DNA from: an uncultured Parachlamydiaceae bacterium
GTDB lineage: Bacteria; Chlamydiota; Chlamydiia; Chlamydiales; Parachlamydiaceae
Length of the DNA: 64,000 nucleotides
Assembly (NCBI GenBank): GCA_963742415.1
Contig: CAVULX010000004.1
Coordinates: forward strand, 416,001-480,000
Direction of reading: 5' to 3'
This document shows positions 40,536-59,396 of this stretch, one piece after another. The notes under the pieces are model-generated. The model was not told the origin of the DNA and did not search any database. It saw nothing but the letters and a program-made list of their open reading frames with translations. Both the position numbers and the translations under genes were made by a program. The number at the start of each line of letters is the position of its first letter. Within the stretch, counting starts at the first letter, position 1.

Positions 40536-40829
40536 ATGGAAGTAAAACCAATGGAAGTAAAAAAAACACAGCAATTGCATCGCCAGTCAGCCGACAGCTA
40601 AAGAAGCAGCATGCAAGCGCTAAGACATGGAAGCTCAAGAATTTATCGGCGAAATCAAAGAGGAGATTCAAAAAGATCACCTGGACCAGCCCGGAAGAAC
40701 TGAAAGTCTATACACAAATTGTTGTAGGAGCCACATTTTTTTTTGGAATGGGAATCTATTTTATAGATCTCGTCATTCAAGGTGTCTTGAATGGACTTAG
40801 CTATCGTCATCCGGTTGATCGCTGGCTGA
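40536..40829 (+). CDS. secE: Preprotein translocase subunit SecE (apparent indels)
   Basis: EIKEEIQKITWTSPEELKVYTQIVVGATFFFGMGIYFIDL; between tRNA-Trp and nusG. Confidence 0.88.
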
Positions 40830-40851
40830 TGTACAAAAGGGTACGAGCACG

Positions 40852-41399
40852 ATGCATAAATGGTATGTCGTCCAAGTTCTTTCAACACACGAAAAAAAAG
40901 TGAAGAAAGCTCTTGAAGAACAACGCGAACTGAAAGGGAATGACCGATCTTATCGAAACAGTTCTTCTGCCAACAGAAAATGTTCAGAAGTGAAAAAAGG
41001 GCAGCAAAAAGTCGTCGAAAAACGGCTCTGGCCTGGATATCTTCTTGTTAAAATGGATCCTGAATGATGATTCTTGGCAGTATGTCAAAAAAACCCCCGG
41101 TGTTATCGATTTTCTTGGCGGCGAAAAACCGACATCCTCTGACAGATAAAGAAGTGGAAGAAATCTTAAGAGATCTGGAAGATAAAAAACAAAAAGTCAC
41201 ACAAAAGCATAAATTTGAAGTTGGCGATCATGTCAAAATTACCGATGGTGTCTTTGTCAACTTTATCGGAACTGTGAGCGAAGTATTCCATGATAAAGGA
41301 CGCTTGAGCGTGCTGGTCTCTATCTTCGGTCGCGATACACGTGTCGATGATCTTGAGTTTACTCAAGTGGAAGAAATTACTGAAGAAGCTGAAAGCTGA
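40852..41399 (+). CDS. nusG: Transcription factor NusG (apparent indels)
   Basis: [42 protein letters not shown]. Confidence 0.95.
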
Positions 41400-41467
41400 C
41401 TATAAAAGTTAAAATATCGATAGATGGTAGAAAGCCTCAACTGCAATCTTTCTGTAAAGAGGAAAAT

Positions 41468-41896
41468 ATGTCAAAAAAAGTTGTTAAAATTATTAAACTG
41501 CAGATTCCTGCAGGAAAAGCTAATCCAGCGCCTCCAATCGGTCCAGCCTTGGGTGCTGCAGGTGTCAATATTATGGCATTTTGTAAAGAATTTAATGCCA
41601 AAACACAAGCAATGGCAGGAGATATCCTCCCTGTTGTCATCACTGTGTATCAAGATAAATCCTTTACCTTTATTGCAAAACAGCCCCCTGTTGCTGAAAT
41701 GCTCAAAAAAGCAACTGGCATCGAAAAGGGATCTGCTGTTCCAAACCGCGATAAAGTCGGCAAAATCACTCGAAGACAAGCACGCAAGATTGCAGAAGAA
41801 AAAATGCAAGATATGAATGCCAGTGATCTGGAAGCTGCGACAAATATCGTCTTAGGAACTGCTCGTTCAATGGGCATTGAACTCGTAACAGAGTAA
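41468..41896 (+). CDS. rplK: 50S ribosomal protein L11
   Basis: [32 protein letters not shown]; intact. Confidence 0.98.
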   Translation: MSKKVVKIIKLQIPAGKANPAPPIGPALGAAGVNIMAFCKEFNAKTQAMAGDILPVVITVYQDKSFTFIAKQPPVAEMLKKATGIEKGSAVPNRDKVGKITRRQARKIAEEKMQDMNASDLEAATNIVLGTARSMGIELVTE

Positions 41897-41910
41897 AGAG
41901 TAATAAACAT

Positions 41911-42613
41911 ATGGGTCGTCCAAGTAAAAGAATTCGGGAGATAGCTAAGATGGTAGATGCCACTAAAGGTATATACTATCCAAGAAGCTATCGATATTTT
42001 AAAGAAATGTCCACCGGTCAAATTTGACCAGTCGGTGGAAATTTCTTTAAAAATTGGCGTTGACCCTCGTAGATCAGATCAGCACGTTCGCGGAACTGTA
42101 TCATTACCGAATGGTACAGGTAAAACGATTGAAAATTCTCGTCTTCGCAAAAGGCGATAAGGTGAAAGAAGCCTTAGCTGCTGGAGCCGATTATGCGGGA
42201 AACGATGAACTATTTGAAAAAGTCAATGGAGGTTGGACAGATTTTGATGCTGTCATCGCAACACCTGATATGATGCGCGAAGTGGGTAAATTAGGTAAAG
42301 TTTTGGGCCTCGCGGCCTGATGCCAACACCAAAAGCCGGAACTGTCACAACAGATATTGCTAAAGCAGTACAAGAACTTAAAGGCGGTAAAATTGAATTT
42401 AAACTCGATCGCCATGGCGTTATCAATAACGCTGTTGGCAAGATTTCATTTCGATGCTGAAAAGCTTGATTGAAAATATTCACGCTTTTCTGCACGCAGT
42501 TCTACGAGCAAAACCAGCAACCGCTAAAGGACACTATTTGCAAGTCCATGGTGCTCTCTTCGACAATGGGGCCTGGCCTCAAAATTGATCTTCGCGAACT
42601 TGATATAGCATAA
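41911..42613 (+). CDS. rplA: 50S ribosomal protein L1 (apparent indels)
   Basis: [59 protein letters not shown]. Confidence 0.95.
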
Positions 42614-42625
42614 GGAGTAGAGATC

Positions 42626-43158
42626 ATGAGACAAGAAAAACAACTCCTTTTAGATGAAATCAAAGGCCAAATCGACAAGTATCGGATCCTTTGTCATCAT
42701 GCGCTATCAAAGGCTTGACAGCCAATAAAGCGAATGAATTTCGCAGCGAAATCGCCAAATTAGGCGGCAATGTCGAAGTGGTGCGCAAACGCATCTTGAT
42801 TAAAGCTGCCGAAGCTGCCGGCATTACTCTTGATCTTGAACGCTCTGCCTGGCCATATCGGACTTGTTTTTGCAGGAAAAGATCCAATCGAAACAACAAA
42901 AGCTGTTTTCAAGTTTAGCCAAGACAATGACAAAGCTGTTGCAAGTCATTGGCGGTCGCTTTGAAGGGCAACTTTATAATGGCAGACAGATGTTGAAATG
43001 CTGTCTAAGCTGCCAGGCAAAGACGAAATGCGAGCTCAATTGCTTGGCGCTCTTCGAAGCTCCAATGTCGCAAACATTGGCTGTTATGGAAGCGCTTCTG
43101 ACCAGCGTCGTTTACTGTTTGGACAACAAGAGCCAAGCAAGAAAGCTCCGATAATTAA
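42626..43158 (+). CDS. rplJ: 50S ribosomal protein L10 (apparent indels; end approximate)
   Basis: MRQEKQLLLDEIK, VVRKRILIKA, LSKLPGKDEMRAQ; between rplA and rplL. Confidence 0.9.
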
Positions 43159-43195
43159 ATTATTAACTAAAGTTAGAAAGTAGAGAGGTAGTACC

Positions 43196-43591
43196 GTGAG
43201 TAAAAAAACTGAAGAACTAGTCGAAGCGCTTAGCGAATTGACCGTTTTGGAAATGTCTGAGTTAAAAACAGCTTTGGAAGATAAGTGGGGCGTTAAAGCC
43301 GCTGCTGCTGCTGTTGCAGTTGCCGCTGCTCCTGCTGCAGGCGGCGCTGCTCCTGCTGCTGCTGCTGAATCAACTGATTTCCAAGTCACCTTGACAGAAG
43401 CTCCTGCTGATAAGAAAATTGGCATCATTAAAGTCGTTCGCGAAATCACAGGTCTTGGCTTGAAAGAAGCTAAAGACCTCGTTGAAGCCGCACCAAAAGT
43501 ACTGAAAGAAACAGCACCAAAAGCTGAAGCTGAAGATATGAAGAAAAAGCTTGAAGCTGCTGGTGCTAAAGTGACCCTGAAAGGTCTGTAA
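43196..43591 (+). CDS. rplL: 50S ribosomal protein L7/L12
   Basis: LTVLEMSEL, Ala-rich hinge, [20 protein letters not shown]; intact. Confidence 0.98.
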   Translation: MSKKTEELVEALSELTVLEMSELKTALEDKWGVKAAAAAVAVAAAPAAGGAAPAAAAESTDFQVTLTEAPADKKIGIIKVVREITGLGLKEAKDLVEAAPKVLKETAPKAEAEDMKKKLEAAGAKVTLKGL

Positions 43592-43911
43592 TGCTAATAA
43601 GCATTCAGACAAAACAATGCATGTTATAAGTCTGGGAATTGTACTTTAAGAAATGACTGCTGTGTTAACATGAATTTGTAACGCATTAGTTGTATATACT
43701 TAGGTAGCTTTTAGTTATCGATGACTTAAAGGTTATAAACGTTAAGGACATATGAGCTCGACTAAATAATAGAGGAATGCATTGACTTTCTCACCCTGTA
43801 TTATGCACGCTGATCAAGAAATCGATACCAGTGATTTCGATTGTGCACTGAGTTTGTCGAACTTGAGATTAAGTCATTGTTCAAACAAACTATATCAGGG
43901 AGTCCTTCAGA

Positions 43912-51971
<8,060 letters not shown>

Positions 51972-51984
51972 ATTTTTCACACAG

Positions 51985-52442
51985 TTTTTTGGATTGCGGC
52001 GCTTGCCGCATACCCATCAAGCTAAGGTAAAACATTTGTACCAGGCTGAAAGCCTGCCATATAATAGCCTGGAGGCAATGCTCCAGGGTTGAAGTTTGGA
52101 CGTTTCTTAAATAAATTCCCGAAGGGAATTGTAGACTGGTAGCCCAGAGTAAGTTGTGAGGGCAAAGCCCGAAACAACGCAACTCTGAAGCGGGGTGCAA
52201 GAAAATTTTATCTAATGAGAAATGAAATCGAAAATTATTAAATTCAAATATGATGAATCAACTGGTTTATCTTGACCCCGCTTCGGGGGTGCAATTATTT
52301 CCCTGCAATTTCCCAGAGTTGTGCTGTTTCGGGCTTTGCCCTCACAACTTACTCTGGGCTACCAGTCTACAATTCCCTTCGGGAATTTATTTAAGAAACG
52401 TTCAAACTTCAGGTCATCGCCAAGCCGCCGCGCTCCAAAAAA
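51985..52442. repeat. Large nested inverted-repeat (REPIN-like) element, family B
   Basis: 98-bp arms 52090-52187 and 52314-52411 (95/98); inner IR gaagcggggtgcaaga/tcttgaccccgcttc; outer ttttttggattgcggc / gccgcgctccaaaaaa; extra hairpins 52042-52087. Confidence 0.92.
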
Positions 52443-52481
52443 GGGCAGCCTCTTCAGTCTACAAATAGCAAAAATAAAATT

Positions 52482-53648
52482 ATGGAATGTATAGTAGCAA
52501 ATCCAAACAATTCACTCTATTGGCAAAGAAACAATTATAAATATTTGACACCCCCACCCGCTGAGGAAAATATCCTTGCCTATCAATTTCCTCTTGAATT
52601 GTATGTCCATTTATTTTCTTTTTTAGGCTCCAAGTCGATCCTAGGAGTAGTGAAAGTCTGTAAAGAGTGGAATTCGCTGGAAATTGAAGTTTTCCGCTTA
52701 TTTGCTGACCAGGTTGGGTTAGAATACCCAGGAGAGAATGTCGAAAAATTTTATGCCATTTTAAAAAAACATCTTATTTTTGATAAAACTTCTAAAAAAA
52801 TGTTGGTTAACTTTCTGTCAATTGCCAAGAGGGGAAAATCTGGGTCTCAAAAGCGGCGACGCCGAAAAGAAACAAAGGCAAAACAGTCAAAATTTAAAGA
52901 AATCATTAATCAGATGCCAGTGCCAGCCGTTATTAATACTAGAGCAGGTTTATTCTTTCAAGACCAGGAGCAGAAGGTAAAGTTCACGAATGACCCCGAG
53001 GAGATTTCAAATTTAATAGAAGACAAAAGATATGTATGGTTTAATGAAATTGAAACCTTTGAGAATGCCATTTTAAGATATCCTAAAACTCTGTTTACAC
53101 TAAAAATATTAGAGAAAGAAACTGAAAAATTGCAAGATCTTAAAAGATTAAAGCGCACAATATTTATTTCTCCTTCTTTATATAGAGTCATGAACATTCA
53201 ACAACATCTTGCTTTGCTCTTATGGGCCTGTCGAAATGAAGTAGTTGGGCTTCCTGAAATATTTAAGTATCTTTCTAGACAGGATATTGCTCAATTGGAT
53301 TCTTATGATATTTCCATTGAGAAAATTTTATATTATTTAGGAAATCGGGTTGCCAAAAACAGTGACCTTAGGGCTCCGGAAGCAGAAAAAATACAGAAGA
53401 TGATACTTAAGAAATTTTGGCAGACGCCTGTTAGCGAGGGTCTTACGCCAGATGAAACAAGTGCATTAACTTTATTTGATTCTTTATTCTTAAAAATTCC
53501 CATTAAGCTATCCTTTTATAGGATGCTCCAAACAGTTTCTAAACGCGTATCTCGCTACCCCAGCCTATCTAGCCTTTATTATCCATATTTTATCGCGCCA
53601 TATATCCTTTATAATTTTCGAGGCCAAGAACGTCTATTGTTATCTTAA
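52482..53648 (+). CDS. F-box domain protein, paralog 1
   Basis: FPLELYVHLFSFLGSKSILGVVKVCKEWNSL F-box consensus. Confidence 0.85.
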   Translation: MECIVANPNNSLYWQRNNYKYLTPPPAEENILAYQFPLELYVHLFSFLGSKSILGVVKVCKEWNSLEIEVFRLFADQVGLEYPGENVEKFYAILKKHLIFDKTSKKMLVNFLSIAKRGKSGSQKRRRRKETKAKQSKFKEIINQMPVPAVINTRAGLFFQDQEQKVKFTNDPEEISNLIEDKRYVWFNEIETFENAILRYPKTLFTLKILEKETEKLQDLKRLKRTIFISPSLYRVMNIQQHLALLLWACRNEVVGLPEIFKYLSRQDIAQLDSYDISIEKILYYLGNRVAKNSDLRAPEAEKIQKMILKKFWQTPVSEGLTPDETSALTLFDSLFLKIPIKLSFYRMLQTVSKRVSRYPSLSSLYYPYFIAPYILYNFRGQERLLLS

Positions 53649-53672
53649 TGTCAGACACAAGGATAGAAGCTT

Positions 53673-54902
53673 ATGGGAACCCCTCAGGTAGTTCAAAATT
53701 GTTTAAATTTAACTCAACAGACAAGCATCCATGTTAAAATGTTGGAACCCCCACCCCTTGATAAAAATATCCTTGCCTATCAATTTCCTTTTGAATTGTA
53801 TGAAAGAATTTTTTCGTTCTTAGACTCTAAGTCACTCCTAGGAGTAGTGAAAGTCTGTAAAGAATGGAATTCGCTGGAAATTGAAGTTTTCCGCTTATTT
53901 GCTGACCAGGTTGGGTTTGAATGCCCAAAAGAGAATGTCGAAAAATTTTATACCGTTTTAAAAAAACATCTTATTTTTGATAAAACTTCTAAAAAAATGT
54001 TGGTTAATTGTCTGCCAATATCACGGAAAAAAATAGGGACTCACAGAGAGCAAAAAAATACCGAAATGCAGGCGATATTTAAAAAAATTATTGAGCAGAT
54101 GCCTGTAGAAACATTTATTCATGCTAGAGCAGGAATGTACTTTAAAAAAAATTGGGATCCGAACGATTGCGGTCGGGTAGAGATCACAAATGACCCTGAA
54201 CTGATCGGCATTTTAACGCGAGGCAATGAAGGCAATGACTATATTTCCTGTTATGCAATTGATACTTTGGAAGATGTCAATTGGAGATATCCTAAAACCC
54301 TTTTAGCATTAAAAGAAATAGAGGTAGAAATCGAAAAATGGCGACAAGAGTTTAAAAAACATAACTGCAAATCCTTTGTTTCTTTTCCTTTATACAGAGT
54401 CATGAATCTTCAACAACATCTTGCTTTGTTGTTGTGGGTCTGGCGAAAAGGACGAACAGAATTCATGTTCTATGGAGATACTCTCATGCCTGAAATATTT
54501 AAGTATATTTCTAAGGATGAAATGACTCAATTAGCCTCTTATGATATTTCCATAGAGAAAATTTTATATCAATTGGGAGATCGGTTTGCCGAAAACCTTG
54601 ATCGTTTGACTTCACAAGCAGAAAAGGCGTTGAAGGAGATCCTTGAGGAATTCCAGCATACGCCTGTTAGTGCGATGCTAACATCTGAAGAAACAAATGC
54701 ATTAACTTTATTCAATACCCTATTTTTAAGGATTCCTATTAAAGAATCTTTTTATAGAATGCTCCAAAGAACTTCTCAACAAATATCTTATTTTGACCTA
54801 TTTTCTAAGCAATGTAAACAAAAAATGACTTATAATTTTAGAATTTCAAAACGCCCTATATTCTCAATAAAGCCCTCATATTTTCTGCGCGACACAAAAT
54901 AA
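53673..54902 (+). CDS. F-box domain protein, paralog 2
   Basis: FPFELYERIFSFLDSKSLLGVVKVCKEWNSL; shared RYPKT, YRVMNLQQHLALLLW motifs. Confidence 0.85.
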   Translation: MGTPQVVQNCLNLTQQTSIHVKMLEPPPLDKNILAYQFPFELYERIFSFLDSKSLLGVVKVCKEWNSLEIEVFRLFADQVGFECPKENVEKFYTVLKKHLIFDKTSKKMLVNCLPISRKKIGTHREQKNTEMQAIFKKIIEQMPVETFIHARAGMYFKKNWDPNDCGRVEITNDPELIGILTRGNEGNDYISCYAIDTLEDVNWRYPKTLLALKEIEVEIEKWRQEFKKHNCKSFVSFPLYRVMNLQQHLALLLWVWRKGRTEFMFYGDTLMPEIFKYISKDEMTQLASYDISIEKILYQLGDRFAENLDRLTSQAEKALKEILEEFQHTPVSAMLTSEETNALTLFNTLFLRIPIKESFYRMLQRTSQQISYFDLFSKQCKQKMTYNFRISKRPIFSIKPSYFLRDTK

Positions 54903-54908
54903 AAGCAT

Positions 54909-55988
54909 ATGGGAACCCCTCAGGTAGATCAAAATCGTTTAAGTTTAACCCCACAAGAAGTTATCTTAGCTAAAAATTTGATGCCGCCACCCCTTGAGAA
55001 AAATATCCTTTCTTATAATTTTCCTCTTGAATTGTATGTCCATTTATTTTCTTTTTTAGACTGTAAGTCTCTCTTAGGCATAGTAAGAATCTGTCAAGAA
55101 TGGAAGTCGCTGGAAATTGAAGTTTTTCGGATATTTGCTAACCAGGTTGGGTTAGAATACCCAAAAGAAAATATCGAAAGATTTTATGCCGTTTTAAAAA
55201 AATATATTATTTTTGACACAACTTCTAAAAAAATGTATATTAATTACCTGTCAAGACGTCTTCCTGAAACCAATTGTACCTATTTTACAACTTATAAAAC
55301 TAAAAAAACATTTTACGAGATCCTTGACCAGATGTTAACACCCACCCTTATTGTTTCTAATGTAAGAGCGTACGTTAAAAAAAGCAGTGGGGAGGTAAAG
55401 GTCACTTCTTCAGATCAAGAAATATCCTCTTTAAAGCAAGATAAAAACTACGTATGCTTTCATGAAATTGAAAGCTGGGAAAATATCAATTCAAGATATC
55501 CTAAAACTCTAATTGCAATAAAGGAATTGCGGAAAAAAATTGCAAAATTGAAAGATCTTAAAAAATTAAACTATGCAGTGTTTATCTCTTTTTCTTTATT
55601 CCGAGTCATGAATCTGGAACAGCATCTCGCTTTGCTTCTATGGCACTGCCGGAAAACGCCCAAAGAACAAAGAGCGGAGATATTTAAGGATATTTCTGAA
55701 AAAGAATTTATTCAATTAGCATCTTATGACATTTTAATTGAAAAAGTTCTATATCAATTAGGAAATCGGATTGCCAAAAATAAGGATCGCATGACTATAC
55801 GAACAGAGAAGGCTTTGAAGAGATATCAGGCTGAGTTTAGTAAATCCCCTGTCAGCAAATCACTCACGCCTGATGAAACGCGAGCCTTGTCTTTCTTCGA
55901 TTTACTTTTTTTAAAAATTCCCCTTAAAGAATCATTTTATAGAATGCTCCTAAGAGCATCTGCACATGTCAATTTTCGAAAGTTATAA
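54909..55988 (+). CDS. F-box domain protein, paralog 3
   Basis: FPLELYVHLFSFLDCKSLLGIVRICQEWKSL. Confidence 0.85.
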   Translation: MGTPQVDQNRLSLTPQEVILAKNLMPPPLEKNILSYNFPLELYVHLFSFLDCKSLLGIVRICQEWKSLEIEVFRIFANQVGLEYPKENIERFYAVLKKYIIFDTTSKKMYINYLSRRLPETNCTYFTTYKTKKTFYEILDQMLTPTLIVSNVRAYVKKSSGEVKVTSSDQEISSLKQDKNYVCFHEIESWENINSRYPKTLIAIKELRKKIAKLKDLKKLNYAVFISFSLFRVMNLEQHLALLLWHCRKTPKEQRAEIFKDISEKEFIQLASYDILIEKVLYQLGNRIAKNKDRMTIRTEKALKRYQAEFSKSPVSKSLTPDETRALSFFDLLFLKIPLKESFYRMLLRASAHVNFRKL

Positions 55989-56061
55989 GTTCATTAATTT
56001 AGAGGATCAAATGACCCCTTTATATATTCTCTCCTTAATCAAGACACAAGGATAAAAGCTT

Positions 56062-57274
56062 ATGGGATTCCCTCAAGTTGGTCAAAACTGTTTAGATGTG
56101 ATAAACCAGGAAGTGATTATTGATAAAAAATTGATACCCCCACCACCTGGGCAAAATATTCTTGCCTATCGATTTCCTTCTGAATTGTATGTAAAAATTT
56201 TTTCCTTCTTAGGCTGTCTCGAGTCATTATTAGGGGTATTAAAGGTTTGCAAAGAGTGGAAAGCGCAAGAAAAACGAAATTTTTCGTCTATTTGCGGCTG
56301 TATTTGGGTTGTGCGTTAAAGACAAAGAGGAATTTTTCTCTTTTAAAAATGATTTTATTTTTCTCCACGATTCAAAGCAAATCCTAATAAATTTTCCTCT
56401 GCAAGAAAATTTTTTTACAGATTTAAAGTACACGCGAGGGGACAAAAAAACTCTAGATGTTAAAATTTTAAAAATTGAAAACTGGAAAAAAGAATATGAG
56501 AATATAGCCGAAAAGCATTTGGAGGAGCTAGTTAATCGAATTCCTTTTTTAGTATTTATTGAATCTCCTGTCACATCCTATATATTTATAAAAAAAAATG
56601 ACGAGGGTAAATCGGAGTGTATTAAATTGAAAAGGAAAGAAGGGGTCAACAAAATAAGTGCGGACCAAACATATTTCACAATAAGTTTGTTTGCAGATTA
56701 TTGCACAATGAAGCCCTTCCAAATTCGGCAAAAATATCCTAAAACGGCAGAGGCTTTGGCCAGTTTACAGAAACATATTCATGAAAAAGGGACCGGCTTT
56801 ATTTCTCATTATTCATATAAAGTCATGAATAAACAACAGTTATTTGTACTCCTTATTTGGTATTGTAAGAAAATGAAGAAAGAGAATTTCCCTGAAATAT
56901 TTCCTAAAAACTTATACGATGTTTTAGAACCCCACTTTCAGAAGTTTCATGAAGTTCCTGTAGAAAAACTTATATATGTTATTGGAAAAAGGCACATCAA
57001 CGAAAGTGTGTCTGAAATTGATAAAAAAAGGAATGAGCTTCTTAAAAGTTTTCTTGAGGGATTTTCAATTCACAAACCTGAATTTTCACGAGTCACCTCG
57101 GAAGAGAGTGATTTAATAGAAGCTTTTGATAAGATTTGTGATCAAATTCGTATTAAAGAGATAGTATTTAGGTTTTTAATGAGATCAGCAGAAGGAGTGA
57201 GTGTGCGTGACAGGACGTTTAACCATAGTGAAGCACGTCCTTATGGAAGAATCACTAGAAGTTTGAGCGTGTAG
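56062..57274 (+). CDS. F-box domain protein, paralog 4 (divergent; +1 frameshift in A5 run 56270-56274)
   Basis: FPSELYVKIFSFL..VCKEWK; removing one A restores EIFRLFA and joins ORF 56309-57274. Confidence 0.75.
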
Positions 57275-57419
57275 GTATCATAGGGAATCCTTTTGCCGAA
57301 GATTGGGGATATCGGGGGTCTTGAAGGTATGGGGTGGTAAACAATTGTAAGCCAATATCTCTGAATCCTCATAACTCATACCGTTCTACAGCTCGTGGAT
57401 ATTCAGTTGGTGCTGAATT

Positions 57420-57633
57420 AAAAGAATTTTATGCCGTCCTTACAGGACTCTGTTTTTTTTGCATTTTACCCAGGCCTTCGCTTTGCTACGACCTGGACTA
57501 TAACATTTCGGCCTTTCAGGCCGTTTTAAGCGTCGAAGACGCGGAATATCATAGCCCAGGTCGTAGCAAAGCGAAGGCCTGGGTAAAATGCAAAAAAAAA
57601 CAGAGTCCTGTAAGGACGGCATAAAATTCTTTT
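57420..57633. repeat. Near-perfect 214-bp palindrome (REPIN-like), family C
   Basis: Arms 57420-57501 and 57551-57633 differ by one mismatch and one homopolymer indel; internal hairpins gtcct-tac-aggac, ggcct-ttc-aggcc, gcgtc-gaa-gacgc. Confidence 0.93.
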
Positions 57634-57746
57634 TTGTAGATATAGATGTTAAATCAGCATCGACTATTTATCCATTTGTTATAGATGCTGATGGTAACAT
57701 ATTACTTAAAGCTATTATTCCTAGTAGAAAAGCAAAAGAAATATAA
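57633..57746 (+). pseudogene. C-terminal remnant of a BrnT-like toxin
   Basis: IYPFVIDADGNILLKAIIPSRKAKEI* matches the PFV..IFLKTIIPSRKA tail of BrnT-family toxins; N-terminus absent. Confidence 0.65.
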
Positions 57747-57764
57747 CTAAAAGGGGGGACAGAT

Positions 57765-57945
57765 ATGAAAAAAGAAAAACGAAATGATTCAAACAAGCTC
57801 AATAATAAAGAGAAAGCGCTTTTATCTTCCTTTGAAAATGATGAGTGGAAATCGGTAAAAAATCTTAAAAAAGAGAAGTCTTCTACGCGTAAAACCGCTA
57901 CAAAACTCTGCGCAAAAATGTCCGAATTAAATTCGTCTAACAAGA
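57765..57945 (+). pseudogene. Degenerate cognate antitoxin (RHH/CopG-like)
   Basis: EKALLSSFENDEWKSVKNL, then TLRKNVRI..RL in shifted frames; truncated. Confidence 0.6.
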
Positions 57946-58055
57946 ATGTTCCTTATCATTATCAATTAACAAAAATTAATTTTATCTTAATATTTTATTA
58001 ACAAAGTTTATTTATAATAGAACTATATTTAAAATTATTATTATAGAGGATACAA

Positions 58056-59204
58056 ATGAATACAGTTCCTATAACAACTAAGTTGCCGTCGGGTGTTACG
58101 GCATCAATTTCATACAATAACGAAGATAAGAAAAGTTATCTTAATATTGGTGGCAATAAAGTGCACGTTTATGAAGCTAGGGGTCTTCTCTCGTACTTGT
58201 TTACTTATATCGGATATGTTTTTCAAAAACATAGTCATCCTTCTGATTGGGTGGAAGCGTCTCTTAACTTACATGGTAAAAAATACGTAGTCCTTATAAA
58301 TAAAGAGGATTTTGAGAAAAGTGAGGAAATCAAAACCGCATTTCGCTCTGCTCTTAATAACATGTATAAAACCTGTCAGTCAGATCGTAATAAAGCCATA
58401 GAGTTGCGAAATAAGTTAAATCTACCTTTAAGCATTGACGACTTGTTTAAAGATTATTCAACCAAAAAACTTGATAAAGAGCCCAAGAATGAAGATCTGA
58501 AAGATGACATAAAAATAACCTATGAAGCAAAAGATGATAAAAAAATCAAAGAAATTTCTATAAAAGTTTCACATCAACATCAAAATCCAGGCCAATACGA
58601 TTATATAAAATTATCTCGAGAAAATGGGGATAAGTGGACATTTCGTAATGATAAAAATAGTTCGATACCTACAGATTTTCAAGAAGAAGAAATTATTACT
58701 AATTCTAAAGGTATAGTTATAGAAGATAAACTTAGAGAAAATTACGATCTCTTCCATCACTTGGAGGATCTAGTTATCCATAAAACTTTGGAAGATGGTA
58801 GCTCGTACATACCAGTAACGTGGAAATTGGGTAGACAAATCATCACTTATGACGATTTAGAAAAGTTTGAAAACTGGCAAAGTAGAGAGTATAAAAAAAC
58901 GCCATCCTTTAAACAATTGAAACAACTCGATTCAGTAGCAAGAGTATCATTTACAAGAGCTGATGGTCGTAAAAAAGACATGTTGGTTATCAAAATCAAG
59001 GAAGAAAGTTCGAAAGAAGAATCTTGTATTATACTTGGTTATCTAGAGAAACAATGGTATCTAAACAATTTCAAAGGAAATGGAAAATCAGAAAAAATTA
59101 CCGGTCTCAAAAAAGAAAGCCAAGAGCAAATTTGGCAATCCATAAAATCTTTAATGAATGGCGATAAGATCGTTGAGGGTGACAAAACTTGGAAATTAGC
59201 TTAA
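58056..59204 (+). CDS. Hypothetical Lys/Glu-rich protein (382 aa)
   Basis: Long AT-rich ORF with AGAGGA RBS and downstream hairpin. Confidence 0.75.
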   Translation: MNTVPITTKLPSGVTASISYNNEDKKSYLNIGGNKVHVYEARGLLSYLFTYIGYVFQKHSHPSDWVEASLNLHGKKYVVLINKEDFEKSEEIKTAFRSALNNMYKTCQSDRNKAIELRNKLNLPLSIDDLFKDYSTKKLDKEPKNEDLKDDIKITYEAKDDKKIKEISIKVSHQHQNPGQYDYIKLSRENGDKWTFRNDKNSSIPTDFQEEEIITNSKGIVIEDKLRENYDLFHHLEDLVIHKTLEDGSSYIPVTWKLGRQIITYDDLEKFENWQSREYKKTPSFKQLKQLDSVARVSFTRADGRKKDMLVIKIKEESSKEESCIILGYLEKQWYLNNFKGNGKSEKITGLKKESQEQIWQSIKSLMNGDKIVEGDKTWKLA

Positions 59205-59240
59205 GAGGCAGGTCTCGCCAGATTAAGCATCCCTAGATGA

Positions 59241-59267
59241 GCATGAGCCTTCTGCAAAGGCTCATGC
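59241..59267 (+). terminator. Rho-independent terminator candidate
   Basis: gcatgagcctt-ctgca-aaggctcatgc followed by gtagttttt. Confidence 0.65.
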
Positions 59268-59396
59268 GTAGTTTTTCCGAACTCTAATTTATTCAAAAAT
59301 AAAAGCAATCTTAATACTACCTTTATACGTTTTTGTTATTATAGCAATTTAATATTAATATTTTTATTTAAAAATAAACCTCAAAACTAAATATTT

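Noticed and set aside
52482..57274. Diversity-generating retroelement acting on the F-box paralogs
   Set aside because: No reverse transcriptase in the window, and differences between copies are not restricted to adenines
57334..57624. ORFs 57334-57624 (+) and 57440-57622 (-)
   Set aside because: Both read through the 214-bp palindrome; mirror-image peptides indicate an artefact
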